From: a virus
Taxonomy: Duplodnaviria; Heunggongvirae; Uroviricota; Caudoviricetes
Virus record (IMG/VR): IMGVR_UViG_3300001605_000025
Coordinates: 1-64,000 of that record
Strand: one strand, 5' to 3'
DNA length: 64,000 bases
The stretch's first letter is position 1. Each line of letters opens with the position of its first letter. A model generated the notes under the pieces. The model was not told the DNA's origin, did not search any database, and was given only the letters and a program-made list of their open reading frames with translations. Positions 17,645 to 27,200 of this stretch are shown piece by piece. The translations under genes were made by a program, and so were the position numbers.

Positions 17645-18513
17645 TCAGCAAGTACTTTAGTTCTGGTTATTCAGATCGTCCGATGGAGAAGAAGGATATC
17701 ATACGGGAGCTTGTGTATCTCCAGGCTGATGAGATGCTGCCAATGAAACAGGCAGTTGTTCAGAAGCCTATTGGAGTTCTTGACTTTAAGTACGATATTC
17801 CTAAGATCACTAGGATCGCATCTCAGAAGATTGAGGAAGGGACTCGTTCTGATAGGAAACGCATGGAGTTCTGGCAGAAAGCTGTTAGCCTGGATAAGTA
17901 TCAGACAACCGTAACGATTACGGATGAAGCGAAGGTTCGACAGCTCGGTAACACCCAGACCTCGATGACTATCGATGCGGTAGCTCGTGGTATGGCTTAC
18001 GATATTGATACTGAGATTATGAATGCTCTTATTGCAGCGACTCCAACTGCAACTGCAGCAACTGCATCAGCGAAATGGAATCTATCGTCAGCATCTCCAG
18101 GGTACGATATTGCAAGCGTTCTATCGAAAATCTTCGATAACACGAACATTATGGAACAGGACCTTTCGAATGTTCAGGTGTATGTTCCGGCAAGTGTCTG
18201 GCCGTTCCTGAAATTCCCGAAGGATGTCGGATTGCTGTACACTTCCGTTAAGGACTTTATCGAGAAACAACAGGCTGTGACAATGTATCTGAGTAGAAAG
18301 TTGACTAATGGAGCTCTCGTAGTTCTTCCAGGTCAGCAGACTGCACATCACTTGACGTATAACGGAACCGAAGTCCCGACTGCTGAGAATCAGCGTGAGA
18401 TTGGTGTTGGTGAAGAGTACGTCATTACTAGGTACTACAAGACTGTTGTCATTCCGGATACTGTTTACGGAACAACTACTTCTCGGCTTGGTTGGATTTC
18501 CGTTGTTGCATAA
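17641..18513 (+). CDS. major capsid protein (HK97-fold)
   Basis: ATGA overlap start at 17641. 290 aa. Pattern EEGTRSD...VTITDEAKV resembles the E-loop/P-domain region of HK97-like MCPs. Position after protease/scaffold fits. Confidence 0.75.
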   Translation: MISKYFSSGYSDRPMEKKDIIRELVYLQADEMLPMKQAVVQKPIGVLDFKYDIPKITRIASQKIEEGTRSDRKRMEFWQKAVSLDKYQTTVTITDEAKVRQLGNTQTSMTIDAVARGMAYDIDTEIMNALIAATPTATAATASAKWNLSSASPGYDIASVLSKIFDNTNIMEQDLSNVQVYVPASVWPFLKFPKDVGLLYTSVKDFIEKQQAVTMYLSRKLTNGALVVLPGQQTAHHLTYNGTEVPTAENQREIGVGEEYVITRYYKTVVIPDTVYGTTTSRLGWISVVA

Positions 18514-18522
18514 GGTGTTCAG

Positions 18523-18939
18523 ATGACTGTCAACTTATCTGCACTTCTTTTTAGAGTGCGATCGATGGTAGCGGAGATCGACATCCGTAATATGGATGAT
18601 CTCGAGATGTTCCGTGAAGTCCAGAAAGCGTACTACTTTATAGAGAAGATTAAAAGTTCGACAGTTACTGATACTGATCTGGAGGTACCAATTATTTGTT
18701 TAGCAGCGTACTACAGTCATGTGAACTATACGTTACTAAACGCCAGACAGATTGGAACGATCGACGAGACTGTTATTATCAGACAGCAAGAGCTAAAAAA
18801 GATAGCTCGTGCAATGCTTCAAACGATCACTGAGAATGTAATCGCTGAAGACTTAAGTATTGATAACAGTAGATATGCTGAAGTTGGTGGTATAGGCTTC
18901 TCGTTAACACGAGGTGTACTTGATGATACACGTTTCTGA
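18523..18939 (+). CDS. head-tail connector/adaptor (positional)
   Basis: 138 aa, immediately after the MCP. Confidence 0.4.
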   Translation: MTVNLSALLFRVRSMVAEIDIRNMDDLEMFREVQKAYYFIEKIKSSTVTDTDLEVPIICLAAYYSHVNYTLLNARQIGTIDETVIIRQQELKKIARAMLQTITENVIAEDLSIDNSRYAEVGGIGFSLTRGVLDDTRF

Positions 18940-19366
18940 GTTCTGGACTAGTAAGTACGGTCAGGCAGCACTTGATGGTATCCAGTCTAGAGGATCTCAG
19001 TACTGGGCTAACAATATTTACCGGTATTATAAACAGGATACTGGTAAGTTAGGCCAGGCTTGTGATATCACTGTCGAGGATGGTATAGTTATCATCGGTA
19101 TGAAGCCTATATACGGTATTCAGCGCGATGGAACGATTCATGAATACGGTCAGGATATAATGAACGGTATTAGACCTGGACCCGGAAAGTATAATCCGGT
19201 AAGGGGTGTTCGTATCAAGACTGGGTACTATCCAGGTGTTTCCGTTACTAAGTTTTGGGAACCGTGGTTAGCTGAATTCGAACCAGCTATGCTGGAGATT
19301 GTTCGAGAGGAAGTGTCATCAAATTTGAGAGACTTCATAACTGAACAATTCAAACAGGGTGCTTAA
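18923..19366 (+). CDS. head closure / neck protein (positional)
   Basis: GAGGTG SD before ATG at 18923. 147 aa. Confidence 0.4.
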   Translation: MIHVSEFWTSKYGQAALDGIQSRGSQYWANNIYRYYKQDTGKLGQACDITVEDGIVIIGMKPIYGIQRDGTIHEYGQDIMNGIRPGPGKYNPVRGVRIKTGYYPGVSVTKFWEPWLAEFEPAMLEIVREEVSSNLRDFITEQFKQGA

Positions 19367-19367
19367 T

Positions 19368-19727
19368 ATGGTTACATCGTTCAACGAACTGTACGATAAA
19401 GTTGTTTCGTATGGATACGATGTTTCGAGAGAGATCGAGGAACATCTAGATATTGGTACGATTTGGATGGAGTTCACAAATTGTGATCTGAAAGTTGAAT
19501 CTATCGATAATTCTTCATACATATCGACTAACGTTGTAACGTTCTACTGGATTGAACGTGATCCAGGAGTGATTGTAACTAATATTGCTGCATTTCTGAC
19601 TAAACTAGGTACAGACAAATGGTCAGAGAACCGATTCGTGTTTAAACGATCAGGTTGTAAGCGAGTCGGTCAAACCTATCGTGTGTTTGTACCAGTTGAA
19701 TGGGTAGAAGTAATTACTCTACCATAG
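19368..19727 (+). CDS. tail completion / neck protein (positional)
   Basis: ATG at 19368 lies 2 nt after the upstream stop. 119 aa. Confidence 0.4.
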   Translation: MVTSFNELYDKVVSYGYDVSREIEEHLDIGTIWMEFTNCDLKVESIDNSSYISTNVVTFYWIERDPGVIVTNIAAFLTKLGTDKWSENRFVFKRSGCKRVGQTYRVFVPVEWVEVITLP

Positions 19728-19738
19728 GAGGAATTTAA

Positions 19739-20713
19739 ATGGGACGATATGTAAAAATCTCAACTGAGACTGAATCAACATTTGGTAACGGCACTGCAAT
19801 GCTTGCTGTTGCTAAGTTCACACCAATTCGTGTGAAGAGTATATCGAACCCTGTTGATCGTGGTCTTCTGATTGAAGAGAACATTGAAGGGTATATCCCT
19901 ACTGCTGCATATGGTGGTGCTCTGAAACTTTCCGGAACACTGGAAGGTAATCTTAGACCTAAGCAGATGGAGAACTTGATTTACTCGTTAATGGGTGCAT
20001 CGGCGGCAACGGCTGCTGGGATCCTGACGGGTATAGTCTATACGATGGCGAATCCGTTAAGTATTCAGATGAAAATTGGTGAGTCAACCACAGCAGCGAC
20101 TACCGATCTGGAACTTGGCTACATGGGTGCTGCCGTTAAGACGTTCAACATGAATGTTGCTGCGAAGGAATTCGTAACTGCACGTTTCGACTGGTTCGCT
20201 AAGAACTATACAGCTGCAAGTCCGTATAGTCCTCCAGCTTCGGGAGACTATTCAGATGAAGAACCAATTGTGTTCTATAATGCTAGTGTATCATTCGATG
20301 GTGTCGACACGAGTGCTAAGATTAAGAACATGACGATAAACATCGACCGGAAAGTTGATGAGGAACGGTATGTTATCGGAGACTACACGTTGACTGAAAT
20401 TGGTATCAACGGTATGAATGAGGTTACAGGAGACATCACGTTTACAGAACATGAGTACGGTATCTTTAGACAGGCGTTATTCGGTGCAACCACTGCATCG
20501 ACACTTGGTTGCGATGATGCTGTCGGAACAGCAGCATTCTTAGCACAATTTACGGATATTGCAGTGTGTGGTGCTGAAGCAGTTAAGATGTATGTTGAGT
20601 TCGGATCGATTAAATTCGCATCTACCGACACTACAATTAATGGTCAGAACGAGATTGAGAAGAAAGTTTCATACCGTGCCGTTGGGTACTTCGGTATCGG
20701 TGTTGCTACCTAA
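19739..20713 (+). CDS. major tail (tube) protein (putative)
   Basis: AGGAGG SD. 324 aa. Located just before the chaperone and tape measure. No sheath gene was found. Confidence 0.55.
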   Translation: MGRYVKISTETESTFGNGTAMLAVAKFTPIRVKSISNPVDRGLLIEENIEGYIPTAAYGGALKLSGTLEGNLRPKQMENLIYSLMGASAATAAGILTGIVYTMANPLSIQMKIGESTTAATTDLELGYMGAAVKTFNMNVAAKEFVTARFDWFAKNYTAASPYSPPASGDYSDEEPIVFYNASVSFDGVDTSAKIKNMTINIDRKVDEERYVIGDYTLTEIGINGMNEVTGDITFTEHEYGIFRQALFGATTASTLGCDDAVGTAAFLAQFTDIAVCGAEAVKMYVEFGSIKFASTDTTINGQNEIEKKVSYRAVGYFGIGVAT

Positions 20714-20734
20714 GATGGTTAGTGGTGATGGACG

Positions 20735-21109
20735 ATGACAACGTTAAATATTAAAACTGCAAATGGAATCTATGAGGTTCGGAAACCAGCTGGAAAGCTT
20801 GGTGCTAGAAATATGATCATCCTGTCGAAGCTGGCGAATGTTCAGCCGATAAAAGTGAATGTGGAGAATGAAGATCCAGCTTTTGTTGAAAAAGTTCGAC
20901 AGATGAATAACGCTAAACAGATGGAAGCCTTCGGGAATGTCTTCGAAGAGTGGTCTGATAAGATCTTACCAACGATTGTTGTTAAGGGACCCTTTACGTA
21001 CGAAGAGATGCCTGGAGAGGACCAGCTGGCTATATTCCTTGCGTTGACACAAGAGACTCAGGTGACGGAAGAATTCTTTCAGATCTTGCCCGCCGAGCCT
21101 AGTGTATAA
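20735..21109 (+). CDS. tail assembly chaperone (gpG-like, positional)
   Basis: 124-aa acidic protein directly upstream of the tape measure. An alternative frame stays open past its stop (see findings). Confidence 0.5.
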   Translation: MTTLNIKTANGIYEVRKPAGKLGARNMIILSKLANVQPIKVNVENEDPAFVEKVRQMNNAKQMEAFGNVFEEWSDKILPTIVVKGPFTYEEMPGEDQLAIFLALTQETQVTEEFFQILPAEPSV

Positions 21110-21264
21110 CCTTGGAACATTAGCGTTCTTTACTGGGTCCCGACCCTCCGCTTTTTTCGAGTGGAACGATCCAGACGACTGGGCCGAACGACTAACGTTT
21201 GATAGTTTAGTAATGAACACTGCAATGCCAGAGCTAATAAATAAAATTATTGGAGGGGATTCCA

Positions 21265-24200
21265 ATGGCAGATCGTGAAATTATTGAGTACGAAATAGTA
21301 ATGGATGATACCCAACTAGTAGAGACGGAACGGAGAGTGAAGGAACTTCGTGGAATGCTTGAAGATGTCCGGAAAGGTGTTACTGTTAATATGACTGTAC
21401 CGGATATCGAGAAGGAACTGAAAGCTCGTGTTGCTGCTATAAATAGCTATATTAAGGGTAGTATTAAAATCGACGATATGTTCGATAGACGATTTGACAG
21501 AAATGCTGCTCGTTCTGTAGGTGATGATGTTGGTAAGCAAGTTGCAAAAGGAATGACTGAAGCAATACGAAGTGCCTTAAATAAATTCACACCTGATACT
21601 GATGTTAATCTCGAGAAGCATATTGCTGATCCCCTCCAGCAAAAGACTATTCGTGAAACGTTAACACCTAGTAAAACAAAGACATCACAACTTGTAGCAT
21701 CGAAACGTGAATCGTTAGCTAACATTAAACAGTCTATTACTGCCCTACAAAATCTAACCGCTGAACAGAAATCAGAGCTATCAAAGCGAAATAAAGAGAT
21801 CGACAGACTGTATAGTGATGAGGAACGGGCTGATAACGAGTTTATTGATCAGTTAACTGATGCTGAAGAGCGTCATGATCAAGTTATTAAAGACTTATCA
21901 GTTCAGATGAAAAAGCCACGGTCTGAACTGAAAGATGAAGGCTTCTATATTAAAGGGAAGTTCGTAAAGACTGGATTCGGATCACATAGGGACGTATTGG
22001 AACCCACACCATTAGTTACTCCAGCTAGTAAAGAGTATGGAAAAGGCATCGGAGCTCAACAGAAGATACCAGAACCAGGTCCTGTTCCGTCTAGATTACC
22101 GTCTCGTGACAGGTTTAAGACGAATGAAGAGTTTCTACTGGCGTTAAGAAAGGCCCGTGAGTTTTATATTACTCAGACGTTTAAGGAGATCTTTGGACGT
22201 GGAGCGATAGATACTAAGGCTTTAAGTAGGATGACAAAGGAGCAGCTAGCAATTACGACTAATGAGAATGCACCACGGAAGCCGAGATTAGATAAACAGA
22301 TCGAAACTGAGTTAAAGTTACTGTTTAACGATCCGAAGTATACTGTTAAGTTAAATGAGATATTAAAACAAGCTGAGACGAATGAACTTGGTGCTATACA
22401 AGAAATTAGATCTATTATAGAGTATGAACGTGGTAAAGTTGACGATATAATGCCCTATAATAGGATTAAACAGTGGAAGGATAGACTAAAGTCTACTGAA
22501 CCGGAGGATACTGGAAAACGTGAATATCATCAGGTAGTTCCGAGACATCAGGCGTATGATCCATTGTGGCACAAAAGGGCAGGACGGACAGTAGAACGTA
22601 CTGTATCAGCTGAACCGGTTGATCAGTTGACTGATAAGTTTGTGCGACAGAAAGACGTTAAGTATGATACGATATCTAAGATACAACGGAGGATGCGTGG
22701 TATTAATAAACTAGCTGATCAGTTGTATACTGTAATTCAGGACGCACAGACGTTATCACCTAAGTTTTATGCTGCACTAAATACTAGACAGCCTAAACCG
22801 ATTAGTAAGCATGCTTTATCACCAAAATTGGAAGCTATGCTAGAGGTAGAAGCTGAAAGACAGTTAGCTCCACAACGAGAAGTTCAGAGAGCTCCCGCTA
22901 CATTAGTTGCGTTTACTGGACATCGTCCAAATAAACTTGGTGGATATGATGAGACAACACAACCAGTTAGAGATATTAAAGCCGGACTAGTAGACTCTAT
23001 ACGGACTGCTATTGCCAGTGGAACGAAACATTTCATATCAGGAATGGCACTTGGTGCTGATATGTGGGCTGCAGAGGCAGTACTCGAACTTAAAAAGGAG
23101 TTCCCTGATATTAAGTTAACAGCAGCTGTTCCATTTAAAGGTCAAGAACGTCAGTGGCCTAAACCAGTACAAGAACGTTATAGTAAAATATTAAGTCAGG
23201 CTGATACTGTTAAGTATATCTCAGATGAAAAGTCAAAACTAAGTATATCTCAGATGATGCAGAAGCGTAACCAGTGGATGGTTGATCAAGCCGACAAGAT
23301 GATTGCCGTATTTAGCGGATCTGCTGGAGGAACTGCAAACACTATCAGAGCTGCTAAGAAACGTGGAATACCGGTAGAAAATGTGCTTGAAAATTTGAAA
23401 CAACCTGAACAAGCGAGAACAGAGACAGTTCGGGAGGCTAAGAAGACGTTAGGTCCTCAGTATGTTCCACCTGTTGTACCAACGACTATTGAGCAGACTG
23501 AGAAAGTTGTTAAGCCTGTCGAGAAAGCGATTCAGAAGCCGGTAACTGAAAAGCAGGTGGGTCCAGATGCGTTCGCTAAAATAGCTGATGCGATTAATAA
23601 TCAGTTGACGATCCAATCTGGACCCGGACTTACTCCTGAACAGTTAACTAAGCATATAGACTGGATGGGACTTGGAAAGGAAATTGGTACTGGGTTTGAA
23701 CCAAATCCTATTAATCTGAAACCGATTCAGGAAGCTATGGAACGGGTACTAAACGCTGAACCGCCAAAATTATTAACAGCAGGTAAACCAACTGAAGTGC
23801 CTGATAAGGTAACATTGTATCGTGGGGGAGCACGTAAGAAAGAAGATAGTGATATAGAATCTACAAGTAATTGGTTCACAGATGAGCTGGAACGTGCACG
23901 CGGATACGCAGCTATGCGGACTATGGCGTCTGAAGGAGAAAATAAAGTTCCAGCGATTAAAACAATTAGTGTTCCATCTAGTTTACTAAAAACGTTAAAA
24001 GATGTTGGGTCACATAGTCCGGGACATGAATTCCAGTTACCACCGGAAATTGCTAAACGTGCAGAAACTGCCCCAGACTTACTGAAAGGTCCGATCACTA
24101 TATATGGTAAGACACCAACAGTTAAAATGCAACAGGCTTACGATTCGTTAGTTGATAAGGTAATTCAACCAATAAAGACTGGGATTGATACATTTAATAA

Positions 24201-27200
24201 TCGATCAACTGAGATACCAGCTGAATCGGGAACGAAGTATTTCAAGAATGCCCCAAAGAGTCAACGATTTGAAGACTCATTAAGTGGACTAGATCGTAAA
24301 GAGTATATGCAAGAATCTCAAGAAGGACTTGATGCGTTACATAATGAAATGAATAATATGACCTGGGAGCAGAGTGGTGAAGTAAATAAAGTAAAAGATG
24401 TACAGAAGAAACGTCAGGACTTAATTGATTTTGTTAAGAATGCTGGTGTAAAAATTGGTCTCGATATCGATGAAACGATTCAAAGTATGAACGTGTTCTC
24501 GATTATGTTTGGTGAAGAGAGCAAGGGATTCTTAGATCCTGAATATATGAATAAGAATTACGAACAGTGGTTTGAGAAGCTAAATAAACTAAGCCCGATA
24601 TATAGTGATATACAAAAGTTCCTCGGGAATAAATCCGTACTGATAACAGCTAGACCAAATCTAGTGGGACTTCACGATAAAGCACAACAAATCGGTAAGC
24701 AGTTCGGAGCTATAGCAACGTTCGCAGTTGAGAATACGAAAGAGAAGGCTAAACTGATTAAGGAACTAGGACTAGAAACGTATTACGATGAGGATACGTT
24801 ACAAGTTACCAAATTACAGAAGGAGCTTGATGCAATAGGTGCAACGACTAAAGTTATGCAGTCTGATTTTGGTGTTGCAAGAGAGAAAGGTGAACTACCA
24901 AATGTTAAGCGTATGGCTGAACAAGCTACAGCTAAACCGGTAACTAGTCCTGTTAAGACTGAATTACCAACAGCTCCGGCACAGAAACCAACTAGGAATA
25001 CGATAGCTGATACGTTAAAGGGAATGGTAATAAACGGTGGTGCGTTAGGTGGTGCTGGACTTGGATTCCTTGGTGGGATGACACTTGGACCGTTACCTGC
25101 AGTCTTTACAGGTTGGTTAGGTGCTAACATTGGGATGTGGGTTGACCGGGTAATCAAGAGTGGTCAACTGAAACAGTCGATTGCGAATCTGTTCAATAAG
25201 ACACCAGTTGTTGAGATTCCACCTACTGTTGTTGAGAAGACAACTCAGGTTGCTACTGGAATTAGTGACGCAATGGCTGGGATGTTAGAACGTTCGACGT
25301 TCCAGGCACAGAAAGTTATACGTGATAAGTTTGCATCTGTTGATAAGAACGGCGGAACGTTAACGATTGAAGAGGCTCCTGGTGCAGAACCTGCTTATCC
25401 TGGTGCAGCTGTTCCAAATGTTCCGTATGTGAATCCTGCTCTCGTTACTAGAGTTGAAGGAAGCGTAACGGGTATAGTTACAGCAATGACTACAGCATCG
25501 AGAGATATAGCGACCGCTGGTGGAAAGGTAGCTGGACAGATACAAGTTCTTGGGATGGAGGACTTCGGAAGTCTTGGTGGTAGTATAAAGGAAGCTGCAC
25601 AGAAAGGTGTTCAAGCTGTTCAGGAGAAAATGCCACGATTAGGATCGTCTGAACGTCCATATACCGGTGGTATTCGTTGGCAGAAGTTCTTAGACGGAAC
25701 GTTGTTTACGGATCAGAAAGCTTATGAGGAAGCAGTTGCAGCGAAGATTGATGAGTCAATTAAGTTCCAGGTTGACACGCTACGTGAGATGACTGGACTA
25801 TCGTTAGAAGCAGCAACAACGTTACGAAAGGATCTAGCTGCTATAATTAAGCCATCTCGTATGAAGATGTCTACGTTAATTGGTAGAGCTAAGGCGTATA
25901 TCGAGACTAAAGGGGCAACTGGAACTACTCCTGAGGCACTGAAGGAGTTTGCAACTGGTGAGGAGAAGATATTTGAACGATCTCATCCTGCAATGAAGAA
26001 TCTAGTTCCTGAGGACGTTACACCGTATCAGAGAATGTTTGGACAGGACTACACAATTAAACTGTCATTCCTAGATTATGATGAGTTCATGGCTGCAGCT
26101 GAGACTGTAAGACAGTTACCTGGATGGACTAGTACCGCGACTAAGGAATTCGAACGGTATGGTCAGCTCGGAACTAATGTTCTACATACGATGAAAGTTA
26201 CCGGACATATACCTGGTGGAAAGGAGATTGGGGGACGGATTGAACAGGTACGGACAGCTACCGAAACGTTAGCAACTGGACCATCGGCTATAACTGAAAG
26301 AAGTCAGTTAGAGATTGGAGATAAACGACTGAACTTACAGGAACGGATGAACTTAGCTGCGATGTATCTGGATAAACTGAACTGGAAGCTTGTACGCGGA
26401 CAGATGGCTCTATTAGGTATCGCATTCTCGATGATGGGTGCAATCAAGATGATCCAGAAGGCCTGGTCGACTGTAACAACTAGTATGTCGAATCTACCTG
26501 ATATATTTAAGAATATCGGTATGGCGATGGCATTCGGACCAGCTAACGCACAGGGATTCCTACGGACTATGCTTGGATCGAGTAACCAGATTGTTGGATC
26601 CTGGAAGAAGTTCACCGGTTATACAGCAACGTTAAACTCGATGCTTGCGTACTTTGCATTCCGTTTACTACAGGATACACGTGTAATCTTTGCGATCGAT
26701 CGATTGGTAGAGAAGATTATAGGACTACTGTCCGATCAGGCATTCTTAGATAAGATCTTCGGATTAATAGCTAACATTATCGATGCGTTACCTGGTGCAG
26801 TTGATTGGATCGTTAGTATGGTAACATGGTTAATGGGAATTTTAGAGACTCCAGGGATGAAGGATGTTCTAAAATGGGCTCTCGCTATGGGATTAGCAGC
26901 TCAGTTCCTGATGACCCCGTTAGCATTGTTAGGTGGTGCCGTACAGTTCTTGGGTTGGGCAGTTAGTGCACTAGCAGCTATACTAGCAACTGTACAAGCA
27001 GGATGGACTCTACTATTGGGACAGTTAATGGGAGCGCCAGCTGCATTAACTCAGGTTGTTGCCGGAATAGCTGGTGGAATCGTTCTTGGACTAGCTGCAG
27101 TCTGGTTACTCGTTAAGATGGGAATCATCGATGCAGTAGTTAAGATCGGTGAAGAGTTCCAGAAGAACTTCCCTGATATAATGGCTATACTGAGGATAGT

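Noticed and set aside
21061-21109. Canonical -1 programmed frameshift (XXXYYYZ heptamer) at the end of the tail chaperone gene
   Set aside because: The -1 frame is closed by TAG at 21100-21102 and no slippery heptamer is visible. Only the +1/-2 frame is open (reported as a finding).
23806-24050. ADP-ribosyltransferase reading of the TMP segment LYRGG...ESTSNW...GHEFQLP (R-S-E-like triad)
   Set aside because: The Arg-to-STS spacing (about 15 aa) is much shorter than in known R-S-E ARTs, and there is no (Q/E)xE motif. It is worth an HHpred check but not claimable from sequence reading.
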